A stretch of 64,000 nucleotides of DNA, taken from assembly GCA_039024555.1 (NCBI GenBank), contig JBCCQQ010000001.1:288001-352000 (forward strand). Reading direction: 5' to 3'. Origin of the DNA: Cyanobacteria bacterium P01_D01_bin.156. GTDB taxonomy: Bacteria > Cyanobacteriota > Cyanobacteriia > Phormidesmidales > Phormidesmidaceae. Below, one piece after another: positions 10,058-20,776 of the stretch; the stretch's first letter is position 1; the number at the start of each line of letters is the position of its first letter. The notes beneath the pieces are model-generated. The model saw only the letters and a list, made by a program, of their open reading frames with translations, had not been told where the DNA came from and ran no database searches. The position numbers were made by a program, and so were the translations under genes.

Positions 10058-13000
10058 CTATACATCACTCATCAGCTGTAACAGTGCGTCAGTAGAAAGC
10101 TTACCACTCATATCAGCACCTTCTAACAGACTATCGGCAAGGTCACGTTTCCTGTTGTGAAGTTCAACAATTTTTTCTTCAATCGTTCCCTTGGTAACAA
10201 GACGATAGATGGTCACTGGCCGGGTTTGGCCAATCCGATGAGCACGGTCGGAGGCTTGGTCTTCCACGGCCGGGTTCCACCAAGGATCCATGTGAATCAC
10301 ATAATCAGCAGCCGTTAAATTCAGACCTGTACCACCTGCTTTGAGGCTGATTAAGAAAACATTGCCCTCACCAGCTTGAAATGCATCAACTCGCTGCTTA
10401 CGCTGCTTAGCAGGGGTACTACCGTCTAGATACTGATAGGAAATGGATTGCTGATCTAGGTAATTCCTTAGAATTGTCAGGTGATCGACAAACTGACTAA
10501 AAACCAGAGCCTTATGACGATTGCTGAGGAGCTCTTTCAGCACTTCTCCAAACAATTGGAGCTTGGCACTTGCCGGAGCCATCTCAGGCATAACGAGTTG
10601 TGGGTTACAGCACATACGCCGTAATCGGGTAATTTCGGCTAGCACTTGAAGGTGTTTAGCACCGGCTTTCGCTTCAGTAGTCGTCAGTTTTGCAATCGCA
10701 TCCCGCCGCAATGCCTCATAGAGTGCCTTTTCTTCACCACTCAATTCCACATGCAACGTAATTTCTGTGCGTGACGGCAGTTCATCAAGCACTTGGGTTT
10801 TAGTACGCCGCAGCATAAACGGCTGAATCAATTTTTTAAGATGGAGACGAGCCTGTTTATCCTGATAGCGTTCAATGGGTGTGGCAAATCGTTGATTAAA
10901 CTTATCCAAAGAACCTAATAATCCAGGATTGATAAATCTAAAAAGATTCCACAGCTCACCAAGGTGATTCTCAATGGGAGTGCCTGTAGTGATTACCTTA
11001 AAGCCTGCCTTTAATTTCATGGCAGCTTGCGATCGCTTAGTAGAACTATTCTTAATCGCCTGGGCTTCATCTAGTACGATGGTTTGCCAATCAACTTCTG
11101 CTAAAAGCTCTGCCACATCTGGCTGCTGTAAAAGACCATAGCTGCACACCAGCAGATCAAAGCCACTGAGCTGGTCTACTACTGCCTGACGGTTACTACT
11201 GCCCAGTTGCATCAGATTCAGGGTGGGGGCAAATCGGTGAGCTTCGCTAATCCAATTCGCCCCTACACTGGTGGGCGCTACCACCAATGTGGGTCCCTCA
11301 GGTGCCCGTAATAAAATCACAGCCAACGCTTGGAGGGTCTTACCCAAGCCCATATCATCCGCTAAACAAGCGCCCACCCCCCAATGGGCTAGCTGAGTCA
11401 GCCAGCGAAACCCTTCCTGCTGATAGTCCCGCAGCTCTGCCTGCAGAGTCGATGGAATCTTAGGAGTAATCGCCTTCCCCTCCTTCAACGTTTTAATGTG
11501 GGACTTCCATTTTTGATCGGCCTTTAGCTGACCCACATCATCCAAAGTATCTTCCAGGGCCAACGCCGCCATTGGATGAAACCTTGCCCCATTACCATGG
11601 CGTTCTGAGTACGTACGAAATTCATCTAGCCGATTTCGAAACGCCTGGGTCAGTGCCAAAAACTGACCATCACCGATGGGTACAAATCGGCTAGATGTCT
11701 GATCTAACAGTGACAACAACGCTTGCATATCCATAACGCTGCCGTCATCCAGTTCAAGCTCACCACTCACCGAGAACCAATCTTGCTCTTGCTTAATATT
11801 CAAACGCCAGCCATCAATACCGGCTTTGTTGCGAATTTTAAGTTTCTCCCCTTCAGGCCACTCCAAAACGATATCTTCTTCAACAGCTTCTAGCTGTAAC
11901 AACAACTCCAAACAGGTCTCTGGTTCATCTAGAATCCACTCCCCACTATCATTTTCTCCCAACTGTAGGGCAGGACATGCCTGTTGTACGTCCTGAGCCA
12001 GTCGTTTTTCCAAGGAAAGATCGCGTGTCGCTTGAGACCGCTGACCATCAATTTCAGCAATCACCGTTTTTCGCCCAGTGCCCGGCGGATAGTATGAACC
12101 AGAATTAGGAAACGGTCGCGTCAGCATAGATACCTTAAGACCATCCCCCGCAGGCATCAGATGCAAATGGGGCTTAGCATCAGCTTCTAAAGTCTCTACA
12201 CCCTCTAGATTGCCACCCCCAATATCAGAATGAATAGTCACCAAACTAGACACTGACCGAATAGCGGTCAGCACCTTATCCTGGCCAGCAGCAGGTACGG
12301 TCAACTGATTATGTTTGCCGAGGATTTCAGCAATCTTCTGATGTTCAGAAGTCACTTCAACAACTTTAATGCGAGTTGGAGTTTCTTTAACGAGAAAAAT
12401 AGTATCTCCAGGATGCACCTTAGGCTCCAAGCGCAAGGTTAAGGTACTATCACTGTTTTGTTCGACAACAAGCTCTGGTGTCGCTGCCATAATCTCCACT
12501 CGGACGGTAGGAGAGTCTTCCCAAAAAACTAAGGGATGGCCGACTAATGCCTGGATAGCACTACGGCTGAGTGTATACTGAGTACCCGAATAATAATCGT
12601 ATTTGATGTGGTTACAAACTTGAATATCTTGGGAAGTCAAGTAATCAAACTCCGATGGATTTTTTGCCAGTCGATTGAGGGCAATGACCCGCCCCTTAGT
12701 CCAAGTACCTTTAGCACTTAGCTTTTGTTCTTTGGGCTGTAGCTGCCAATGTTTGGTGTAGACCGTCAAAAACCACACAAGACGCCGCTCGCCCTTAGTA
12801 GAAATGTTTTTGGGTGACCCTGCAACATTCACCAGTGCCTTCAAACTAATTTCCCAAGTACTTTGGGGCTCTAAGGTATTGACAATTGAGATTTGGGGGC
12901 GTTCCACCGCCCATTTAGCATATTCACTATCGGGCACCAGACGTCCCAACAGCTCAGCGGCTTCTGCGGCAAACCAGCTTAGACCAGCATCTTCGGCCAG

Positions 13001-14257
13001 TTCTGCAAACAGGGCTAATGGGCGAGGGGCAGTCGCTTTAGCTTCATCAAGATCGAGCCAGTAGAGGCAGAGCATGCTAAAAAACATGCCAAAACTATCC
13101 TCTTCATCATCTCCATAACACTCGATCAATTCCATCAAGCGCTGACGAGCGGACAGCTGCCCTTGATGTAATAAAGCCATTTCGTGCAATAAATGAAAAG
13201 CGTTGCTCAAGTAGCCAGAATTTTGCATTAAGGGTTTACTTAATGCGACAGCCGTTTTAAGAGACTGAGGTTGCTTCACTTTCAGTAACGCGAGCATATA
13301 AAATAACCCGGCTACACCACCAATAACAGCTTGCTTATTTAACTGTTGCCGAGCTAGCTTAGTAGCACTTTTATAATAGCTAAGGGATTGCTGTATTTCT
13401 CCTGTCAGTAGGGCTAACGCTCCGCGTAAAGCGGTTGCATAAACCTGAGTTTTTGCATCAATCAACTTATCTAGCAGGGCTTCAGCATCTGTCAGTCGAT
13501 CACGTAGCAAATACTGTTCTACTAAAAGTACACTCAGATCACTGGACTCATCAGCTTGTTCCTCCAACAATTCGATTAAACCTTCTGTAGGTTCCAACAG
13601 AGCTGTTGCTTGAATCAAAAGTGTGCGTAGTATCGCACCACATTGATCAGAGGGCAATGTTTTTAACCAATCGGCATCAAAGGGGTTGTTTGAGACATCT
13701 AGCAAAAAGTCCTCAAACGTAATGGATGTGGCGTAGTAGTTATAGTTACTGTAGTCCAGGAATAACTGAGGCAGGCCATCGTATTCCTTGGAATAGAGCG
13801 CCAGCCGTGCTTCTCGATAAAGGTCGTCTTTAGTACGACAGATATGGCGTATGCGATTGATCCGGCCACCGGTTGCATGGCGCGGATGTACAACACTTTT
13901 TACAGCCTGCAGCATGGGTTCAAAAATATCTAGCTGCACGGCATTACGCGTCACCAGCTCTACTAAAAGAGGATTACACTGCGGCAGGTGGCCTGCTCCG
14001 TATATCAGCACCTGCACTTCGATTAGGAAGTTAATCTGAGACCTGAGATTGCTCGGTGTAAATTGTTTCCCCGTCGGTGTGCTAATGCCGATGTGATTAA
14101 GGGCAGCACACAGGCTAGCGAGGGGAGTCGGCCCATAAAATAGTGAGCTGAGTTGAGTGATACTCTGACGCAATGGGGATAGCTGCTGGTAAGTATCGAA
14201 GAGCTGCGATCGCAGTTCTTCAAAATCCACCATATCGCCCTCTGTGAAATTGCTCAT
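10058..14257 (-). CDS. SNF2-family (SWI2/SNF2) helicase with long N-terminal helical region
   Basis: LRDYQ, LADDMGLGKT, DEAQ, TGTPIEN, SLKAGGTGLNL and QASDRAHRIGQ. Start uncertain (14272, 14257 or 14233). Confidence 0.95.
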   Translation of the reverse strand: MSNFTEGDMVDFEELRSQLFDTYQQLSPLRQSITQLSSLFYGPTPLASLCAALNHIGISTPTGKQFTPSNLRSQINFLIEVQVLIYGAGHLPQCNPLLVELVTRNAVQLDIFEPMLQAVKSVVHPRHATGGRINRIRHICRTKDDLYREARLALYSKEYDGLPQLFLDYSNYNYYATSITFEDFLLDVSNNPFDADWLKTLPSDQCGAILRTLLIQATALLEPTEGLIELLEEQADESSDLSVLLVEQYLLRDRLTDAEALLDKLIDAKTQVYATALRGALALLTGEIQQSLSYYKSATKLARQQLNKQAVIGGVAGLFYMLALLKVKQPQSLKTAVALSKPLMQNSGYLSNAFHLLHEMALLHQGQLSARQRLMELIECYGDDEEDSFGMFFSMLCLYWLDLDEAKATAPRPLALFAELAEDAGLSWFAAEAAELLGRLVPDSEYAKWAVERPQISIVNTLEPQSTWEISLKALVNVAGSPKNISTKGERRLVWFLTVYTKHWQLQPKEQKLSAKGTWTKGRVIALNRLAKNPSEFDYLTSQDIQVCNHIKYDYYSGTQYTLSRSAIQALVGHPLVFWEDSPTVRVEIMAATPELVVEQNSDSTLTLRLEPKVHPGDTIFLVKETPTRIKVVEVTSEHQKIAEILGKHNQLTVPAAGQDKVLTAIRSVSSLVTIHSDIGGGNLEGVETLEADAKPHLHLMPAGDGLKVSMLTRPFPNSGSYYPPGTGRKTVIAEIDGQRSQATRDLSLEKRLAQDVQQACPALQLGENDSGEWILDEPETCLELLLQLEAVEEDIVLEWPEGEKLKIRNKAGIDGWRLNIKQEQDWFSVSGELELDDGSVMDMQALLSLLDQTSSRFVPIGDGQFLALTQAFRNRLDEFRTYSERHGNGARFHPMAALALEDTLDDVGQLKADQKWKSHIKTLKEGKAITPKIPSTLQAELRDYQQEGFRWLTQLAHWGVGACLADDMGLGKTLQALAVILLRAPEGPTLVVAPTSVGANWISEAHRFAPTLNLMQLGSSNRQAVVDQLSGFDLLVCSYGLLQQPDVAELLAEVDWQTIVLDEAQAIKNSSTKRSQAAMKLKAGFKVITTGTPIENHLGELWNLFRFINPGLLGSLDKFNQRFATPIERYQDKQARLHLKKLIQPFMLRRTKTQVLDELPSRTEITLHVELSGEEKALYEALRRDAIAKLTTTEAKAGAKHLQVLAEITRLRRMCCNPQLVMPEMAPASAKLQLFGEVLKELLSNRHKALVFSQFVDHLTILRNYLDQQSISYQYLDGSTPAKQRKQRVDAFQAGEGNVFLISLKAGGTGLNLTAADYVIHMDPWWNPAVEDQASDRAHRIGQTRPVTIYRLVTKGTIEEKIVELHNRKRDLADSLLEGADMSGKLSTDALLQLMSDV

Positions 14258-14358
14258 CTCACTGCCTCTCAAAAATGCCTAAACAAACCCCTAAACATCT
14301 CATTATAAGAGCTACTGAACATTCAGATAGGGCAGTTCTAATGCTAACTTCAGAAGAA

Positions 14359-15378
14359 TTAAGCGGCTAGGGAATGAGGCTTACGGGTCGTCATAGGACA
14401 GGCAACCTTAGGGGCAGGCGTCTGCAGACGTTTGAGCAGGGCTAATGTTTGCGATTCTAAGTTGCGCTGGGTTAAGGGCTGAATAAACTTATCGAAGGGA
14501 TTAAGGTCTATGATTAATGAGCCAAATCTCATCCCTACCGGCTCCAGATGGTCACCCTGCAGCAGTCGTCGTCGCAGGTGAGGTTGCTCTTGCATCAGCC
14601 GCTGACAGGTTCCTGCAGCAATGCGATCGCGAGCGAACTGAATCAAACCAGTCAGATGGAATAGCTGACTATGTTCAATCAGCTGATGAGTGTAGTCGAC
14701 ACTAGGATAGCCCCCCCTAAACTGACTCAACAACCAATGGAGAGACGTAACTGGGATAGCGGCATTCATATCACCCATGGCCGGGGCCAGCAGCAAAGAA
14801 ACCTCGTGCATGATTGAAGGCTGACCAAAGTCAATAGAGACTCCTACCAATTGATTAATTTGTCTTTCAAAAAGCCGTAACCGCCGACTAATTATCTCCA
14901 GCCCTCGTTCAATCTGTTGTTGCTGACTACACAGTAGTTTTCCTTTTCGTTCCAGCATGGCAAAAGACTCTGCCAATAAGAACGGAGGAGTACTTAAAAG
15001 CTCCAACAACAAAATATACTTACAACCAACACCATGACCAATCCAGATATAGTTACTAGCTTCTAAGTAAATATGAGGATCATACCCTTGAGCAATAGCC
15101 AACTCCACCATGGCAACACGGACGGCATAATGTTCATCCAAAAGATTTAGCGCCATGGACCAGTGGTTTAATATGAACCGAAAGGGTAAAGCAACAACAG
15201 TATAGCCAGCTTCAAAAAGACTTCTTAGAAAGTGGTGATAGGAAATAGTAGGCAATGTGCCAAACAACGCGCCACCAATAAATTGAATGATCCCTTTAGG
15301 CTGAGGGTGTAGCGCCACCCAACTATGGCCACAAGGAATAAACCGAAGAGTATCGGCATGGGGGGCAGATAGGATCAT
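14359..15378 (-). CDS. DUF1350-family alpha/beta-hydrolase-fold protein
   Basis: SWVALHPQPKGIIQFIGGALFGTLPTISY and W-x-GH-x-x-GCKY pattern. Confidence 0.8.
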   Translation of the reverse strand: MILSAPHADTLRFIPCGHSWVALHPQPKGIIQFIGGALFGTLPTISYHHFLRSLFEAGYTVVALPFRFILNHWSMALNLLDEHYAVRVAMVELAIAQGYDPHIYLEASNYIWIGHGVGCKYILLLELLSTPPFLLAESFAMLERKGKLLCSQQQQIERGLEIISRRLRLFERQINQLVGVSIDFGQPSIMHEVSLLLAPAMGDMNAAIPVTSLHWLLSQFRGGYPSVDYTHQLIEHSQLFHLTGLIQFARDRIAAGTCQRLMQEQPHLRRRLLQGDHLEPVGMRFGSLIIDLNPFDKFIQPLTQRNLESQTLALLKRLQTPAPKVACPMTTRKPHSLAA

Positions 15379-15523
15379 GGCTATAAAATTTACGGAGCAA
15401 CCACAGGCTGCTTAAAAGTAATATTTATCAAACGATACATGTTTAAGGTTAAAAGTTCCGGATCATTGTTTAACTTTTCTTGAATTTCGCTAACAGTCTC
15501 CATAACATCTCTGCAAGCGTCAT

Positions 15524-15568
15524 TTGCTCATCTAATCTATTGTTACTGACAACAGATTAGATGAGCAA
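15524..15568. other. Long hairpin (15-bp perfect arms) in a divergent intergenic region
   Basis: TTGCTCATCTAATCT ... AGATTAGATGAGCAA with further internal pairing. Confidence 0.75.
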
Positions 15569-15894
15569 TAAATAAATCGTCAAAACAACAAGATATAGGA
15601 AACCACAATATCCCCTGAGGCAATTCACTTACAAGGGTCTCAGAAGAAATTTAGCAAAAATATTTGTCAATCTTGTTTCTAAGCGTGGCACTGCTCACCT
15701 CAACGCCACAAAACTTTGAACACGTCAGACGATCAGTTCTCCTTCTTTTTTAGTGCGAGATCTTCCAAACAACTGCCTACTCAGCATCAACAACGCTGGA
15801 TTGTCTTTAAATCCCAGTATCGTTTTGTAACAGCTCTAGTCCAAGGGAGCAAATCAGCAGACACACTCTAGAAGCCGACTGTTGAAGAACGACC

Positions 15895-17004
15895 ATGGAC
15901 GTTAAGGCCGCTATTGCGCTGGAAGCTGGACAACCCCTCAGCATTGAAACTGTACAACTAGAAGGACCCAAATCAGGGGAGGTCCTGGTTGAGATCAAAG
16001 CAACAGGCATCTGTCATACGGACGCCTATACCTTATCTGGCAAAGATCCAGAAGGATTATTCCCAGCAGTTTTAGGCCATGAAGGTGCAGGTGTCGTTGT
16101 CGAAGTTGGGTCAGATGTTACCAGTCTGAAACCAGGGGATCATGTCATTCCTCTTTACGTGCCAGAATGCCGCCAGTGTGACTATTGTCTTAGCTTTAAA
16201 ACAAACCTATGTCAGGCAATTCGCACCACGCAGGGCAAAGGATTGATGCCCGATGGCAGCAGTCGATTGTCTTTTCAGGGGAAACCGCTATACCACTACA
16301 TGGGTACCTCTACGTTTGCGAACTATACTGTTGTTCCAGAAATTTCTCTAGCTAAAATCCGTTCGGATGCTCCCTTTGAGAAAGTTTGCTACATCGGTTG
16401 TGGAGTGACTACAGGGATCGGCGCAGTCATTAACACAGCTCAGGTGGAAGCGGGCAGCAACGTCGTTGTGTTTGGCCTGGGTGGCATTGGTCTCAATGTT
16501 ATTCAAGGGTGCCGTATGGTGGGGGCAAACCGAATTATTGGTGTAGACATTAACCCGGCAAAGAGAAAACTGGCTGAAAAATTTGGCATGACCCACTTTG
16601 TTAACCCCAACGACGTAGAAGGAGACTTAGTGCCCTACCTAGTAGAACTGACAAACGGGGGAGCAGACTATAGTTTTGAGTGCATTGGCAATGTCAATAT
16701 CATGCGGCAGGCACTGGAATGTTGTCATAAGGGATGGGGTGTCAGCGTCATCATTGGGGTTGCCGGAGCCGGGCAAGAGATCAGCACTCGCCCCTTCCAG
16801 CTAGTAACCGGACGAGTATGGAAAGGGACAGCCTTTGGTGGAGCCAGAGGTCGTACGGATGTACCAAAAATTGTTGATTGGTACATGGATGGAAAAATCA
16901 ACATTGATGATTTAATCACCCATGTAATGCCGCTAGAAAAGATTAATGATGGCTTTGATCTGATGCACAAAGGAGAAAGTATTCGCAGTGTGGTGACGTT
17001 TTAA
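15895..17004 (+). CDS. frmA: S-(hydroxymethyl)glutathione dehydrogenase / class III alcohol dehydrogenase
   Basis: GICHTD, GHEGAG, structural Zn Cys cluster and [19 protein letters not shown]. Confidence 0.97.
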   Translation: MDVKAAIALEAGQPLSIETVQLEGPKSGEVLVEIKATGICHTDAYTLSGKDPEGLFPAVLGHEGAGVVVEVGSDVTSLKPGDHVIPLYVPECRQCDYCLSFKTNLCQAIRTTQGKGLMPDGSSRLSFQGKPLYHYMGTSTFANYTVVPEISLAKIRSDAPFEKVCYIGCGVTTGIGAVINTAQVEAGSNVVVFGLGGIGLNVIQGCRMVGANRIIGVDINPAKRKLAEKFGMTHFVNPNDVEGDLVPYLVELTNGGADYSFECIGNVNIMRQALECCHKGWGVSVIIGVAGAGQEISTRPFQLVTGRVWKGTAFGGARGRTDVPKIVDWYMDGKINIDDLITHVMPLEKINDGFDLMHKGESIRSVVTF

Positions 17005-17010
17005 GGTGAT

Positions 17011-17862
17011 ATGGGAAATACAATTCAACTACAAAAACAAAGTGCTTGTTTTGGTGGCACGGTCGCGTACTACAGCCACTCTTCGGACGCATGTAATTGC
17101 ACCATGGAGTTTTCGGTATTTATACCGCCCAAAATGGCTAGAGAACCCGTGCCAGTTCTCTACTATCTCTCAGGCCTCACCTGTACACCAGAGAACTTTA
17201 CGGTCAAGGCTGGAGCCCAACGCCATGCAGCCGAGATGGGATTACTACTGGTTGCGCCCGATACGAGCCCGAGGGATGCTAGCGTGCCTGGAGAAAATGA
17301 GACATGGGACTTGGGAACCGGCGCAGGCTTTTATGTAGATGCAACCGTAGAACCGTGGAATTCGCACTATCGAATGTACAGCTATGTCACTCAGGAACTG
17401 CCCCGTCTAATTCAGGAAAATTTTTCTATTCGGGCTGACCGCCAGGGAATCTTTGGGCATTCCATGGGAGGCCACGGTGCGCTAGTGTGCGGTTTACGCA
17501 ACCCACAGCTATTCAAATCAATTTCGGCGTTTGCTCCCATTGCGGCACCCACGCAGTGTCCTTGGGGAAAAAAAGCATTAACAACCTATCTGGGGCCAGA
17601 TCCAACAGCATGGCAACCGTACGATGCCACTGAATTAATCAAACAGCGCCATCATTCTGCAAGCCAAATTTTGATCGACCAGGGCACAGCAGATTCGTTT
17701 CTAGACGAGCAACTGATGCCTGAACGATTGGCGGACGCTTGCCACCAGATGAACCAGCCATTAACCCTACGAATGCAGCCAGGATATGACCATAGCTACT
17801 TCTTCATTAGCACCTTTATGGCAGATCACATAGGTCACCATGCAAAGGTTCTGTTGGATTAG
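17011..17862 (+). CDS. fghA: S-formylglutathione hydrolase
   Basis: LSGLTC, GHSMGG and GYDHSYFF; 6 nt downstream of frmA. Confidence 0.96.
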   Translation: MGNTIQLQKQSACFGGTVAYYSHSSDACNCTMEFSVFIPPKMAREPVPVLYYLSGLTCTPENFTVKAGAQRHAAEMGLLLVAPDTSPRDASVPGENETWDLGTGAGFYVDATVEPWNSHYRMYSYVTQELPRLIQENFSIRADRQGIFGHSMGGHGALVCGLRNPQLFKSISAFAPIAAPTQCPWGKKALTTYLGPDPTAWQPYDATELIKQRHHSASQILIDQGTADSFLDEQLMPERLADACHQMNQPLTLRMQPGYDHSYFFISTFMADHIGHHAKVLLD

Positions 17863-17920
17863 GAGCAACATGCTGCAGCTAAACCTAGAGTATGCAACCC
17901 ATCACTACCATAAACATTGG

Positions 17921-18883
17921 CTAAACCAAACCCGTCTGTTCTGCTAAACCTAGCATGATGTTCATATTCTGAACTGCCGCACCTGAAGCGCCCTTGCCCA
18001 GGTTATCTAGGCGGGCAGCTACTAAAGCTTCTTGAGTCAGATCATTAGCAAAAACAAACAGCTCTACCTGATTGGTACCGTTAGCGGCTTTCGTATCGAG
18101 AAACTTACCATCCCGCAGTTGCCCAGCATCACTCAAATCATGCACCTGCACAAAGGGTTCATCTGCATAGTAATCCACCAAAGTCTCCCACAGCTGCTGG
18201 CCTGTGGGCGGTTGCTCCAGATTCCATAGGGGTAGGGGCACCTGTACTAGCATCCCCTTTTCAAAGGCCCCAACCGCTGGCAAAAATAGCGGCGCATGGG
18301 CCAATCCAGAATAGTGGGTCATTTCTTTAACATGCTTATGGCCAAAAGAGAGGCCATATACCCCATAGGGATAGTCAGGTTCTGTATCGTCGTTGTACCC
18401 CTGATAGGTTTCCATCAGTTTGCGACCGCCGCCAGAATAACCAGAAATGGCATTAATGGTGGTTGGAAATTGCTCAGGAATCAGCCCGGATGACACTAAA
18501 GGCCTGACTGCGGCCAAAAAACCTGTAGGATAACAGCCTGGATTACTCACTCGATGTGCCTTGGCAATGGCATCGCGTTGGCCAGGTCTCAATTCTGGAA
18601 ACCCGTATACCCAATCTGAATGGGTACGATGGGCGGTACTAGCATCTAAGATTTTCACCGTTGGGTTCGACACTAGGGCAACGACTTCTTCAGCCGCCGC
18701 ATCCGGCAAACACAGAATTGCAATGTCCACCGCATCAATCATCCGTGCCCGTTCCTCAACATCCTTACGCTTAGCAGGATCAATACTGACTACCGTGACA
18801 TCCTGACGCTGAGATAAACGGGTATAGATTTGCAGCCCGGTAGTACCCGCTTCACCATCAATAAAAACCCTGGGCTGAACCAT
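17921..18883 (-). CDS. argC: N-acetyl-gamma-glutamyl-phosphate reductase (type 2)
   Basis: FIDGEAGTTG, SNPGCYPTG and LDNLGKGASGAAVQN. Confidence 0.95.
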   Translation of the reverse strand: MVQPRVFIDGEAGTTGLQIYTRLSQRQDVTVVSIDPAKRKDVEERARMIDAVDIAILCLPDAAAEEVVALVSNPTVKILDASTAHRTHSDWVYGFPELRPGQRDAIAKAHRVSNPGCYPTGFLAAVRPLVSSGLIPEQFPTTINAISGYSGGGRKLMETYQGYNDDTEPDYPYGVYGLSFGHKHVKEMTHYSGLAHAPLFLPAVGAFEKGMLVQVPLPLWNLEQPPTGQQLWETLVDYYADEPFVQVHDLSDAGQLRDGKFLDTKAANGTNQVELFVFANDLTQEALVAARLDNLGKGASGAAVQNMNIMLGLAEQTGLV

Positions 18884-19096
18884 GTGGCAACTCCCCTGTG
18901 TACCGTTAAATACGCATTGTTATTCCTAGTTTACTAGGGCCAGTTGCGAGTCGATACGGGCTCATTTAAAGCACATATATTCAAAACGTTTGTTGACATT
19001 GCTGCTCTTTGGGAGGAGCAACAACGGCAGGTTATTCCGCTACCGCCATGATGACACTGGGCATTCTAGAGAGTGACATGGATACTTTGAAACTCA

Positions 19097-20587
19097 ATGG
19101 CAACCCCCAGCGCTTTACAACAAACGTCACCACAGCTGTGCGATCGCTACAGTATTCAGCAAACTCTAGGTGTAAGACTAGGACGCAGAACTTTACTGGG
19201 ATATGACCATCAACAGGATTGTCAGGTTGTTATCAAGTATTTATGTCTCAATGATCCCCTACAGTCTGTCGATATCCGACGATTTCATCAGGAAATCACG
19301 ATAATCAAACAGATAGAGCACGCTGCTATTCCAAACTACATAGACGATTTTGAAATTCACAACCAGAATTACCACGGCTTGATGTTGGTGCAAACCTACA
19401 TCCCTGGACAATCTCTGTATAGCTTGAGCAATTCTGGCAGAAATTTTTCCGAGACTGAGATCAGGCAGCTAGCTGGGCAAATTCTTGACATTCTGGATTA
19501 CCTGCACGAACAAACTCCAACCATTATTCATCGAGATATCAAACCCAGCAGTTTGGTCCTGAGTCCAACCAATGACGACACCTTAGGCCAAGTCCACCTG
19601 ATAGATTTTGGACTGGTCCAGAGTTCTCATACCTCTCGAACTATCAGCAATGAACCCATTTTAATTTCAGGCACACCCGGATATCGGCCACCGGAACAGC
19701 TAGGAGATAAAGCAGTACCCGCCACCGACCTATACAGTTTAGGAGCTACGCTAATTCACTTAGCCACCGGTCAACACCCTAGCCAACTTCCCCAACGGGG
19801 GTTACGAATATTATTTAGTCAAGAGCTGGGGCATATGAGTAGGCCCCTAAAAGCATGGTTACGCTGGCTGACACAACCGAAACAACATAAACGACCTCAG
19901 TCAACTCAAGCTGCGCGCCAAGGTCTAGCACAAGCCGATAGCATCTTTTCCCCAGCCAATCGTTTACGTCTGAATGGCTTAACGCACCGCTGGCAGAGAG
20001 CACTAGTGGAGTCGATGGCTCCACCTCAAACCCAATTAAAGGTTTTGGAATATAGCCAAACCTTAGAAATTCTTCTCCCCCCTCTGGGCTGGAAAAATAG
20101 TCGCTTTGCCCTCGCACTATGCCAAATGGTATTGGGCACCATCGGCATCAGTATTGTTTTTCAGGGTGTGCTGCTGTTATGGCCCCACATGGAACTAGGG
20201 CAACGGCTATTGCTCCTGATTTTTAGCTTGGTGGGCGGCCACTGGAACATCCGGTGGAGTCTTCAGGGCCTCAAAACCACGGCTAAGACATTGTTTGAAA
20301 AAACCAGTATTCAACTGTTGCCCGATATTATCCTCGTAGGCAAGCGATTTCCCCATCGTCCTGTCAATTATCAGGTCAACAGCTACAAACGTGATATCGA
20401 AGATATTGACCTCCAACCGGGTAGCTCCACCATTACGTTTCACCTACAACGCAACCGCACAGCTACTGGCCGCCTCAAGTATCCTTTAGAAGGCATATCC
20501 CTAGGCTTGACCCAGATAGAAACTCGCTGGATTAACGACATCTTACAGCTCTGGTTAAAGCAGTCTCCTTCAAGAAAAATCACTTAG
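19097..20587 (+). CDS. Hanks-type Ser/Thr kinase domain with C-terminal TMs
   Basis: VVIK, HRDIKP, IDFG and GTPGYRPPEQ; two C-terminal hydrophobic segments. Confidence 0.9.
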   Translation: MATPSALQQTSPQLCDRYSIQQTLGVRLGRRTLLGYDHQQDCQVVIKYLCLNDPLQSVDIRRFHQEITIIKQIEHAAIPNYIDDFEIHNQNYHGLMLVQTYIPGQSLYSLSNSGRNFSETEIRQLAGQILDILDYLHEQTPTIIHRDIKPSSLVLSPTNDDTLGQVHLIDFGLVQSSHTSRTISNEPILISGTPGYRPPEQLGDKAVPATDLYSLGATLIHLATGQHPSQLPQRGLRILFSQELGHMSRPLKAWLRWLTQPKQHKRPQSTQAARQGLAQADSIFSPANRLRLNGLTHRWQRALVESMAPPQTQLKVLEYSQTLEILLPPLGWKNSRFALALCQMVLGTIGISIVFQGVLLLWPHMELGQRLLLLIFSLVGGHWNIRWSLQGLKTTAKTLFEKTSIQLLPDIILVGKRFPHRPVNYQVNSYKRDIEDIDLQPGSSTITFHLQRNRTATGRLKYPLEGISLGLTQIETRWINDILQLWLKQSPSRKIT

Positions 20588-20692
20588 GAGCTGTTCAGAA
20601 ACGACTTCACAATTGCAGCTTGAAAAGCTTGTTAAGCCAAGACTTTAAATGCATGCACAAGGCCAGGGTGCTAATTTTTAACAAGCCCTTAG
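20583..20692. mobile_element. MITE-like dispersed element, copy 1
   Basis: Colinear with 39979-40084; imperfect terminal inverted repeats TAGGAGCTGTT.. / ..AACAAGCCCTTA; begins and ends with CTTAG. Confidence 0.7.
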
Positions 20693-20776
20693 CCACTGGT
20701 CAGTAAACGAGATTACCCCAGCCAACAGTGCACGGTTCCCATAAACTGAGGGATACTGTCCGCATCTGTTTTGACT

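Noticed and set aside
10058..14272. SNF2 helicase as part of an anti-phage system
   Set aside because: It stands alone, with no methylase, nuclease or other defence partner adjacent.
15605..15625. FrmR/RcnR-type operator (ATATCCCCTGAGGCAAT) upstream of frmA
   Set aside because: Weak symmetry, about 270 nt from the start, and no cognate regulator nearby.
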